Source: a virus (lineage: Duplodnaviria; Caudoviricetes). From it: a stretch of DNA of 64,000 bases. Shown piece after piece: positions 8,901 through 16,619 of the stretch. Location of the stretch: the IMG/VR virus record IMGVR_UViG_3300020577_002562, positions 96,001 to 160,000 of that record; one strand, written 5' to 3'. The translations under genes and the position numbers were made by a program. The stretch's first letter is position 1, and every line of letters begins with the position of its first letter. The notes under the pieces were generated by a model, which was given only the letters and a program-made list of their open reading frames with translations, was not told where the DNA came from and searched no databases.

Positions 8901-11145
8901 TCTGATCACTACCTGTAGCAGAGATGACGAAACTGCCATTGGAGTGCCCAACCGAGATGATGCCCGAACCTCTAATCGACAGGGTTCTAGCATCTACTGT
9001 TGAACTACTAGACACACCTGTAGTGTTACCAACACCATACAAGCCGATGGTCTGATTTGTCTGAGGTACATGGCTGGCACCACTGATAGTGACAGCATTG
9101 CCGACCTGGCTCAGGGTGATGTTATTGCCACCGGCAAGTGTGAGTGTTCCACTCGATACAGCAGCAAGTGTACCTGAGGTGTTTCCACTAAGCGTGACGT
9201 TGTGTAGGTTTTGTGTTTGAACGGTTTGCGCTACAGTGTTCGGACCGCTGATAGTGACAGCGTTACCGACCTGACTCAGGGTGATGTTATTGCCACCGGC
9301 CAAGGACAGCGTTCCGCTAGAGACTTGAGCCAATGTTCCCGACGTGTTACCACTCAACGTCAGATTGAATCGACTTTGGGTCTGTACCGTTTGCGCTGCA
9401 CTTGTGGCAGACACAACCACAGATCCTCCGGACATGCCGACTGACACCAGCCCAGCACCACTGAAGGACAAACTGCGGGCATCAACTGTGCTACTGCTAG
9501 ACTGTCCTGTGGTGTTACCGACTTCGTAGAGGCCGATTGTCTGGTTGGACTGCACTGCGGCCGATGGCCCACTGATGGTGACAGCGTTACCAACCTGGCT
9601 CAGGGTGATGTTCGGACCACCCGCTAAAGACAGTGTTCCGCTAGAAATCTGAGCCAATGTACCGGAGGTGTTACCGCCCAGAGTGACGTTGTGCAGATTC
9701 TGGGTTTGGACAGTTTGCGATGCAGTAGTGACTGAAACGACTAGCTGCCCACCAGACATGCCAACAGATGCAATACCCGCCCCGCTGACACTAAGACTGC
9801 GAGCATCAATCGTACTAGAGCTGGACTGCCCAGTAGTGTTGCCGACCTGGTACAGACCTACAGTCTGATTGGTCTGTGCCACAGTGTTAGGACCACTGAT
9901 AGTGACAGCATTGCCTGCTTGGCTCAACGTGATGTTGTTTCCACCAGCCAAGGACAGTACACCGGAGCTAACAAGTGCCAGCGTGCCAGAAGTATTGCCG
10001 CTCAGTGACAGGTTGAATCGACTCTGTGTTTGTAGGGTCTGCGCCGCAGTGGTGGCAGATACAACCACCTGATTGTTGGTCATGCCAACAGAGATGATTC
10101 CGGCACCACTCAATGAAATGGAACGCGCATCGAACGTCCCACTAGAGGCTTCACCGGTGGTATTACCTGCTTGGTATACGCGCAGAGACTGTACCGACTG
10201 AGCTACTGTGTTCGGACCACTGATCGTGATTGCATTGCCAACCTGCGACAGAGTGATGTTATTACCACCCGCGAGAGACAATGTGCCGCTAGATACTTGA
10301 GCCAACGTACCGGACGTGTTCCCGGCCAGCGTTACGTTATGCAGATTCTGCGTCTGAACGGTCTGTGCCACAGTGTTAGGACCACTGATAGTGACAGCAT
10401 TGCCTGCTTGGCTCAACGTGATGTTGTTTCCACCAGCTAGCACCAGGGTTCCGCTCGATACTTGTGCCAGTGTTCCTGACGTGTTCCCGGCCAGAGCAAC
10501 ATCCAGAGCATGTTGAGTCTGTACCGTTTGCGCTACTGTGTTAGGGCCACTGATCGTTACCGCGTTACCATTCTGCGACAGGGTGATGTTGTTACCGCCA
10601 GCAAGCGTGAGCGTTCCGCTTGATACCTGCGCTACCACCCCAGCAGTGTTGCCACTCAGGGACAGGTTGAATCGATCCTGAGTTTGCGCTGACTGCGCAA
10701 CGGTATTAGCACCACTGATCGTGACGTTGTTGCCTGCTTGGCTCAACGTGATGTTGTTGCCGCCTATCAACACCAGCGTACCGCTGGAAACCAAAGACAA
10801 TGTGCCTGAGGTATTGCCTGCTAGACTTACGTCGTGCACGTGCTGGGTCTGAACTGTCTGCGACGGGAATGTGGCTGTTGCCGTAATCACACCGCCAGCC
10901 ATCCCAAAGCTGACGTTGTTCGAGTTTGACAGAGTGAGTGTTGTGGCGGAGGTGCTAACCCCAGCGTTCACCACCAGAGCGTTGGCACCGTCTGTTGGTA
11001 CGGTAGTCCAAACACCGTCACCCCGAAGGAAATTGGACGTAGCTGGTGTTCCGGTTCCAAGAACAGCCGGGTCTACAGTATTCGGCGGTAGCAGCCGCTC
11101 CGGGTCGCCTTGCGTATTCAGAAAGATAGGCTTTTCAGCCATCAC
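5965..11145 (-). CDS. Giant repetitive fibre protein (1726 aa)
   Basis: N-terminal LGTGTPATSNFLRGDGVW fibre motif; ten ~55-aa and eight ~53-aa repeats (GGNNITLSQxGN; GNTTGQSSSSTVDARS); non-repetitive C-terminal head. Confidence 0.8.
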   Translation of the reverse strand: MMAEKPIFLNTQGDPERLLPPNTVDPAVLGTGTPATSNFLRGDGVWTTVPTDGANALVVNAGVSTSATTLTLSNSNNVSFGMAGGVITATATFPSQTVQTQHVHDVSLAGNTSGTLSLVSSGTLVLIGGNNITLSQAGNNVTISGANTVAQSAQTQDRFNLSLSGNTAGVVAQVSSGTLTLAGGNNITLSQNGNAVTISGPNTVAQTVQTQHALDVALAGNTSGTLAQVSSGTLVLAGGNNITLSQAGNAVTISGPNTVAQTVQTQNLHNVTLAGNTSGTLAQVSSGTLSLAGGNNITLSQVGNAITISGPNTVAQSVQSLRVYQAGNTTGEASSGTFDARSISLSGAGIISVGMTNNQVVVSATTAAQTLQTQSRFNLSLSGNTSGTLALVSSGVLSLAGGNNITLSQAGNAVTISGPNTVAQTNQTVGLYQVGNTTGQSSSSTIDARSLSVSGAGIASVGMSGGQLVVSVTTASQTVQTQNLHNVTLGGNTSGTLAQISSGTLSLAGGPNITLSQVGNAVTISGPSAAVQSNQTIGLYEVGNTTGQSSSSTVDARSLSFSGAGLVSVGMSGGSVVVSATSAAQTVQTQSRFNLTLSGNTSGTLAQVSSGTLSLAGGNNITLSQVGNAVTISGPNTVAQTVQTQNLHNVTLSGNTSGTLAAVSSGTLTLAGGNNITLSQVGNAVTISGASHVPQTNQTIGLYGVGNTTGVSSSSTVDARTLSIRGSGIISVGHSNGSFVISATGSDQTNQTVGLYGVGNTTGQSSSSTVDARSISYDGAGIVSVGMSAGSLRISATVPAQTAQTVGVYGVGNTTGQSSSSTVDARSLSFQGTGNISVGMSGGSVVLSVSTAAQTVQTQNLHNVTLSGNTAGVMAQISSGTMSLAGGNNITLSQNGNAVTISGPNTVAQTNQTVGLYQVGNTTGQSSSSTVDARSISYDGAGIVSVGMSNGSLRISATTAAQTVQTQDRFNLTLSGNTAGVMAQVSSGVLSLAGGNNITLSQNGNAITISGGAAGAADGVNALAVNGGVSTVSTTLTLSDGNNVSFGLAAGVITASASYAAQTNQTVGLYHVGNTTGQSSSSTVDARSLSFSGAGNISVGMSGGSVVISQTGGAGGGPSAAAGTQTATSGTVVFSNSNKITFGMSNSSVITASFDPINIGMSTNGNTAGTTGTFDGAGLRYILIGGNNITLRQSSNGSSVSLTISGPNTVAQSNQSAIKALGVSNTGQTAGNTGVSTGVDWVLAGSQSITLSQSTAVGGPNTVWFQHPAWLTTARASTDAVGLNTAQSNVTWSVNSGGISLDARGYAGTGTTLGLTNINASATLNSNGLNLALSISEGSDSWFATGANTIAGTNTSGAFNNDQYIISGAGGVSVGVSSNTLIISGGGGVINQTGPNIAAGTQTATSGTIVFSNSNNISFGMSNSSIVTAALANSTWYATGANTVAGKNTSGTVSHLSQIISGQSGVSVGVSNDTLIIQGNATQQQFFEPYPRITGSSTSSHTTSYYFNPFNIQEDLAMKVVVVSKSMSAVIPALSTANSSCSITQVQFHGVTFFSRQDYGANSSNLVSVASGSWAVTASLSQSSSSASFQMQWVTDSTGGVLGFSNSQSTNTSWASALTGYKAVAIPLVTTLTAGEYWMAHRVSSAATTGGGSSQSGLLNVSNFIVTQQGSLSFGTFGQASAASKQLLLGAIPGAATGTTGTMSLSAISTNTQHLFYMQMLNATIG

Positions 11146-11155
11146 GCTCTCCAGG

Positions 11156-11704
11156 TCATGTCAGACGGATAGGAAGAGTGTCCAGCATCAGTTGAAGATG
11201 CGTGGTCGAAATAGCTTTTCCTACACGTACTTGCCATCCAGTTGTTGGGAGTGTTGACGTAATAGAGCCTGCTACCGTTGTGCTCAGGTAGTAGAATGCG
11301 TTGGGTGCAAGACCACCGCTTCCACCTGTTACTGTATCCCACTGACCAGTGGTTGCGGACATTGTGCCATCGATGGCTATTGTTGCGCTTGCATTGTTTA
11401 GTACAGACACGTCAGTCACAAAACCTGTCGGGCGACGAGTGCCGTCCGCATTGGCCTGTGCCAACCCGACTGTGCCGTTACCGTTGGTGTAGACAATTTG
11501 CCCGATCACCATAGTCGAACCGCTCGTATTCAGCAGCGACTCGGTGTTTGTGTTGCTACCCATTGGTCCAGGCGGGCCAGCGGGTCCTTGTTCATTGACA
11601 CTGGTCAAAGTCACCACCTGCTCAGTGGTATCTACGCTGACTACAGTGTCACTGACTTCGACGATGGTGGTCGGTGCTGTAGGCACCAGTACAACGTCAA
11701 CCAT
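11156..11704 (-). CDS. Structural protein with short collagen stretch and DUF2190/cement-like C-terminal domain
   Basis: GPAGPPGP; GQIVY...GLAQANA...GFV...VRVGKAISTT. Start moved to ATG 11704, which is coupled to the upstream stop. Confidence 0.6.
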   Translation of the reverse strand: MVDVVLVPTAPTTIVEVSDTVVSVDTTEQVVTLTSVNEQGPAGPPGPMGSNTNTESLLNTSGSTMVIGQIVYTNGNGTVGLAQANADGTRRPTGFVTDVSVLNNASATIAIDGTMSATTGQWDTVTGGSGGLAPNAFYYLSTTVAGSITSTLPTTGWQVRVGKAISTTHLQLMLDTLPIRLT

Positions 11705-12050
11705 GTACGGCTCCAGGCACAATCGTCATCACACCCTCTATAAGAGACAGTGTATCTCCTTGAGTGTCAACTACATGCAGACCGTAGTGATAGTGATCCT
11801 CAGTAAGTGCTAGCATCTGAACGTCTGTTGCCAGCATCGTCAGTGAGCCAGTCAAGTTCACAATGAGAATGCCAGATGGGCTCGTCAACTCAAGCGCAAC
11901 CGGAGCAGTCAATGCCGTCGATATGCGGAATTGAGCCTTAGCCGTGTAACCAGTCAAGTTGACAGGAGTTCCGTTGGAAGTCCAAAGGAACGTCTTGCGG
12001 AGAGTAGCACCACGATAGATGCTAAAGTTGTGGATGCCTGGCGTGATCAT
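11697..12050 (-). CDS. BppU-N-like Ig-fold fibre adaptor protein
   Basis: IYRGAT...PVNLTGYTAKAQFR...YHYGL pattern. Confidence 0.6.
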   Translation of the reverse strand: MITPGIHNFSIYRGATLRKTFLWTSNGTPVNLTGYTAKAQFRISTALTAPVALELTSPSGILIVNLTGSLTMLATDVQMLALTEDHYHYGLHVVDTQGDTLSLIEGVMTIVPGAVHG

Positions 12051-12062
12051 CAGATCCTCACT

Positions 12063-13184
12063 TCAACGGCCCCAAGGTAGCAAGCCTTTTCTCAGAGCAC
12101 TGCGGTCTTTTCTGCGTTGCAGTCTCTCTTCATTTTGACGGAAGGCATCGATGGCAGCTTTCAAAAGGTTCTGATCCATCTTCTCTGGGTTTGGATGCTT
12201 GAACAACTTGTCCAACTGTACAACCTTCATCTGCCTTTGGTATGGCCATTCCATCACTGTCCAACCGCGACCATAAGGGTACGCCAACGCTCCGTCAATC
12301 TGCTCACCATTCCATACACCCTTGACAAACATGCCAGCAGTTGGGTTGTAGACAGGAGATAGCGTCTGAAGCTTCTTCATGTTCTGGTGCTCGCCCTCAC
12401 GAATCTTCTGCACCTTCTGCTCGTGGGCTTTCCGTTCACCCTCTTTCATGTATACGGTGTTAGGATTCGGATCGTAGCGTAGTGGATTCAGACCGACCTT
12501 ACGCATCCACTTTTGCCACGTAGGTCCGTGCCCCTTATTCACATTTTCGATCACACGGTCAATCTCGCTCACAGCCTGATGGCACATCTCATGAAGAAGG
12601 ATCTCAACAAAGAAGTTCTGATGCCCGTTGAACAGGCGAGGCGACAGCCCAATGACACGGCGACTTGCACTCCAGTAGCCACGCCGACGCATGTTCTCGC
12701 CCATATCCTTGGTCAAGAGAAAGTTCGGTGCCTTCATCCGGCTCTGGAACTTCTCACGATTCAAGTAGTCCCACAACTTGCGGACGAATCGGCCAGCTTC
12801 TGGGCTGTTGCGAACGTTGTTCGTTGGCACCTCAGCATACATCTCTTCCAGATGCACGGGGATGCGAACGACCGGTACATTCTTGTCGTCGTTCTCCCGC
12901 GAAGTGCGGATCTTAGGTGGTTTGGGAGCTATTGATGGCTTACCGACCGTGATGGCCTTGATCGATACGTCCGTGTAGATCTTCTTGCTCAATGGGACGT
13001 TGACTTTGACCAGTATACGCCCAACATCGCCTACCGGATAACGTTCCACGTCACCGTCTGCATGCTTGACCTGTACCGCACCTGACGGAAAGACTTTGGT
13101 GACTACGCCCAAATGCCAAGGGCCGCTGAATCGTCCAGCTACTACATCGTTGATGTTGAGTTTGATGGTCTGCATTGTTGACAT
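12063..13184 (-). CDS. SprT-like zinc metalloprotease
   Basis: ILLHEMCHQ (HExxH), GHGPTWQKWM; AGGAG RBS upstream. Confidence 0.8.
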   Translation of the reverse strand: MSTMQTIKLNINDVVAGRFSGPWHLGVVTKVFPSGAVQVKHADGDVERYPVGDVGRILVKVNVPLSKKIYTDVSIKAITVGKPSIAPKPPKIRTSRENDDKNVPVVRIPVHLEEMYAEVPTNNVRNSPEAGRFVRKLWDYLNREKFQSRMKAPNFLLTKDMGENMRRRGYWSASRRVIGLSPRLFNGHQNFFVEILLHEMCHQAVSEIDRVIENVNKGHGPTWQKWMRKVGLNPLRYDPNPNTVYMKEGERKAHEQKVQKIREGEHQNMKKLQTLSPVYNPTAGMFVKGVWNGEQIDGALAYPYGRGWTVMEWPYQRQMKVVQLDKLFKHPNPEKMDQNLLKAAIDAFRQNEERLQRRKDRSALRKGLLPWGR

Positions 13185-13214
13185 CTTGCTTCTCCTTTTA
13201 GCTACCCAACCGGG

Positions 13215-14006
13215 TTACTTACCGCGCCAGATAATCAGTTGATCTGACAGTGCCGTTGTGAACGCAGGCGTAGCCACGCTGCTAGTCTCGAAGAACACGA
13301 GGTTGTGTACGTTCTTGAACACCAGGATACCATTACGGATCTCGAACTGTCCGATGGCATTGATGTCCAAGTGAGAGCACTTACCTACTTCAGAACCGCA
13401 GTAGCTGCAGGAGTAACCAGGCTCTTCTTCAATAGTGCCGACCCAGGCGCCCATCGAGTACGAGTTCTGCTCACCGGTCAGAATCCTGTTCGCCAGTACA
13501 CTGTTCTTGGTGCGGTCCAGCGCCAGCAATGCAATCAACTTGTAGACCGGGCGGCCGTTACCATATCCGTGCACCAAACGTAGAGCACAGTCAACGATGA
13601 CCCCAATTGCCTTGGTTGGATCTTGGTTGTCATGCTCTACGTGCATCGGTTTGCCGATCAGAGTACGATAGGCCAAACAACCGTGCTCCAAGTTGAACTT
13701 GACCAGTTCCTTGAGCGGGAATGCCACTGCGTTCCGATTCGGCAAATCGGCTGGCATAATGACAACTGGCACTAGAACATAGTCTTCTAGTGCCGAGCTG
13801 ATTTGATACCTAGGAGCAGCAAACGGGAGCCACTGGCTGAACTCGACCTCGATACCAGCGCCCTTGGAGAAGCCGAGGTCCGAAGCGGCGGTCACAAGTG
13901 AAGCCGTGGCCTTCCGACGCAAACCGTATACGTCGATAGGCTTGGCGTATTGTTCACAGTCGGAGTAGACTGCGAATCCTCGATGAGAGAGCAACTTGCT
14001 AGTCAT
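13215..14006 (-). CDS. Prohead (capsid maturation) protease
   Basis: PNRNAVAF, GKPMHVEH...AIGVIVD, SYSMG catalytic Ser, CSYCG..CSH, FFETSSVATPA; close to the portal gene. Confidence 0.7.
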   Translation of the reverse strand: MTSKLLSHRGFAVYSDCEQYAKPIDVYGLRRKATASLVTAASDLGFSKGAGIEVEFSQWLPFAAPRYQISSALEDYVLVPVVIMPADLPNRNAVAFPLKELVKFNLEHGCLAYRTLIGKPMHVEHDNQDPTKAIGVIVDCALRLVHGYGNGRPVYKLIALLALDRTKNSVLANRILTGEQNSYSMGAWVGTIEEEPGYSCSYCGSEVGKCSHLDINAIGQFEIRNGILVFKNVHNLVFFETSSVATPAFTTALSDQLIIWRGK

Positions 14007-14538
14007 TCGGATTCCTTGGTGGACGGAAGTCTACGCGCAGACGAGTTTGCAGTCCTTGATTCGGCATATGCACCATCTTACGCTCTACCTTCTCAAGAGC
14101 ATGGAACCACTTGTTCGCCAGCGGTTCATATGCCAGAGGGTCTTCACGCTTGCCTGGATCTTCGATAGAGCGTTCGATCCACTCTTTGTCTGTCTCAAGC
14201 ATCATGTCCTGTACGAACGTGTGGTCTTCTTCTGGCCTAACGTACAACACTGCTAGATCACACGCAGCAACCGCTTCCTTAGTCGGCGACACAGTGAACT
14301 TCTGAATCACACCTCGAGTTTCTGGAAGGGTGCGCAGCGTGTAGTGCCACACAACCGAACTGACGGGCTGCACCATCGAACTGAGAACTGGAAGTAGCCA
14401 CAGGCTGCTGTCCAGAATGATCGGCTCGATGCGTCTACGTAGTGACAAGCTCTTCAAGTCCTGAATGACCAAAGCCTTAACACGTTCCGAGACTACATCT
14501 GAGCTTTGCTTATAGCAACAGATGAGTACCTTCATCAT
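13999..14538 (-). CDS. Hypothetical protein
   Basis: 179-aa ORF coupled between portal and protease. Confidence 0.55.
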   Translation of the reverse strand: MMKVLICCYKQSSDVVSERVKALVIQDLKSLSLRRRIEPIILDSSLWLLPVLSSMVQPVSSVVWHYTLRTLPETRGVIQKFTVSPTKEAVAACDLAVLYVRPEEDHTFVQDMMLETDKEWIERSIEDPGKREDPLAYEPLANKWFHALEKVERKMVHMPNQGLQTRLRVDFRPPRNPND

Positions 14539-16352
14539 AGCCTCAAAGGTTTGATTCCAGCCGCCATAGCACGCTTCGCAACTTCATTCGCGTACTTAGG
14601 ATCGGAGTGCAAGCGTGCTGCCGCTGCGGCAATGGCAATGTCTGCCTTCTCATTTGCCATGCGTTGATTGTGGATGTACTTGAGCTTTCCGGTGCGTGTT
14701 GTGCCTACAACTTCTTGCTGCTCGTGTTTACGACCCAAGAAGCTTCGACGGTGCGATGTCAGTTGTTGCGCTGAACTGAACTCGCCCATATTGGATTCGT
14801 CGTCTGCTGCATCGGCGCCGTCACCTGACTCGCCTTGGATCTGTTTCCAAGCCGCTTTCATCTTCTGCTCACGACGCAGGTCATCTTCTAGCCCATCCAG
14901 CGATACACCAGCAGAGGCTGCAAGCATGCGCATGGTAATCGGAACACCAAGATCACGAAGCTCCTTCAGCAAATCGAACGTATCGCGATCCAGATCACGA
15001 CCCAGTGGTCGATGCCACTGCACTTCAGGAATGTCCCACTTCGACGTATCGTTCAGTTGTTGCAACAGAGTGCGTGTCGAATTGGCTACGAACGCATGCT
15101 CCTTGTCATGCTTGCCGCTCAAGAATCCTTTGGATGCCGCGACCAGCGGAAATATCTTATTGATCAAGGCTGCTTGCGTCATGCGGTTGCGATGAGCACG
15201 CAGACCTTGAATGAACACAGAGATGGCAGCGTCCGCGTTGGCAAACGAGGCGTCACCAGACAAGAATGCTTCGCTGATGCCGAGAGCGCGAAGCTTCATG
15301 GCACCTGTGACATCGGACAAGTCTGTGAACTTCCAAAAGTCACCACCCTGCCGCACTTCGCTAGGCGTCACGCCTTGACGTGTGGCAACGATAGCTCCTA
15401 GAGGATCTAGATCAGCTTGCTGCATCAGACTGACAACAGCAGCTAACTCGTCGTTCGTTGGTTCCCAAGTGTCATTGCCGCACTCCAGGTGCAGCATAGC
15501 TCGTTGGCGTCTGGCAGCTTCCGTCATCGTCCCTTTGTACAGCGCCTTCTCCAAGAAGTAGATGGGCAGAATACGCTTGAAGATCGATGTGCCGAGTTGA
15601 TCGTAGGAGAATGTGCGTCGTGCTACGTACAATGTGAGCAGCGGTTCCAGCTCTACGTTTCCGCCCGACAGCACTCGAATGATGTCCATACCAAGCTTCT
15701 TACGAAGCTTCTGGGCAGCTTGACTGTTGTTCGACACGAACTGCTCAATCGCTTGACTCCGCTTCACTGTGATAAGCGGGTCTGCAGACCTCATCGGAAC
15801 AGATTGCCGTGTGACGTTGGTGGGCTCGTGACTGATGCAGTCCGTAAACTGCGTCAAGTTCCTGTCATAGATTAGGCTACAAACCGAGTAGCCATTTGCC
15901 AGTACATCAACTGTGAGTTCCGGGAACAATGCGCCTATGTTCAACTGCGCAGTGGCAGAATTGTAGACCTGCAGACGTTCAGCAGATACGCCCGACAGAG
16001 TGAATTCGCCGAATGGCATGGCCGCGATCAAGTCAACTGCGGAGCCTGCTGTTGTATCGTACCAGTAGATGTCTCGGTAGAAGCGTTGATTCGCCTCGTC
16101 CGTATCACCGGCAAAGCCAGTGAGCAACGTATCGTAAAAGACAGGGCTCGCCCCCATCTGTGATGCGGAGAACGAATTGAGCCCTTGCGGCTCACCCCAG
16201 TAATCAGCACGCTCTTGTCTGCCTACTCTACTAGACGCAGCCGCATACACTGATTGAAGACCCACCGCTGCCATAGCATCGCGAGTAGCTGCGGGTGCTC
16301 CGGCTACGATCTGAGAGTCTACAACTCGGATGTGGTTTCGGGTGCGAATCAT
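14535..16352 (-). CDS. Portal protein
   Basis: 605 aa, downstream of terminase; GTSIFKRILP, ALGISEAFLSGDASFANA portal-like motifs. Confidence 0.7.
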   Translation of the reverse strand: MIRTRNHIRVVDSQIVAGAPAATRDAMAAVGLQSVYAAASSRVGRQERADYWGEPQGLNSFSASQMGASPVFYDTLLTGFAGDTDEANQRFYRDIYWYDTTAGSAVDLIAAMPFGEFTLSGVSAERLQVYNSATAQLNIGALFPELTVDVLANGYSVCSLIYDRNLTQFTDCISHEPTNVTRQSVPMRSADPLITVKRSQAIEQFVSNNSQAAQKLRKKLGMDIIRVLSGGNVELEPLLTLYVARRTFSYDQLGTSIFKRILPIYFLEKALYKGTMTEAARRQRAMLHLECGNDTWEPTNDELAAVVSLMQQADLDPLGAIVATRQGVTPSEVRQGGDFWKFTDLSDVTGAMKLRALGISEAFLSGDASFANADAAISVFIQGLRAHRNRMTQAALINKIFPLVAASKGFLSGKHDKEHAFVANSTRTLLQQLNDTSKWDIPEVQWHRPLGRDLDRDTFDLLKELRDLGVPITMRMLAASAGVSLDGLEDDLRREQKMKAAWKQIQGESGDGADAADDESNMGEFSSAQQLTSHRRSFLGRKHEQQEVVGTTRTGKLKYIHNQRMANEKADIAIAAAAARLHSDPKYANEVAKRAMAAGIKPLRL

Positions 16353-16567
16353 TGACGTGCCACGCGATCTTCAATTGGGAGGGCCACACGATGCTCAAGA
16401 CAGGCGTATGACGGAATACCGTTGGCCTGTACTTCTTTCATTCTGCTGTTGCACACCGGACACAATCCAGTTGGACTTGGCTCCCAACGTGCGGACTCTT
16501 GCCTCGATGTTTTCGCCGTTTCAGTTTTCGAGCCTGACGCAGTTTCAAATGGGTCGATCAACTTCAT
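16349..16567 (-). CDS. Small zinc-ribbon protein
   Basis: CPVC...CLEHR; stop overlaps the portal start. Confidence 0.6.
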   Translation of the reverse strand: MKLIDPFETASGSKTETAKTSRQESARWEPSPTGLCPVCNSRMKEVQANGIPSYACLEHRVALPIEDRVARQ

Positions 16568-16594
16568 GTCTATTCCAATCCAGTGCGTGTCTTG

Positions 16595-16601
16595 AAATTA
16601 G
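16595..16601 (-). promoter_or_regulatory. CTAATTT motif, putative late promoter of the portal/protease operon
   Basis: Intergenic, 27 nt upstream of ATG 16567. Confidence 0.55.
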
Positions 16602-16619
16602 TGGATGCGTGCGTAGGTT

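Noticed and set aside
5965-11145. DGR template/variable repeats or CRISPR in the fibre gene
   Set aside because: Repeats are in-frame protein modules without an adenine-specific pattern that I could see; no reverse transcriptase in the window.
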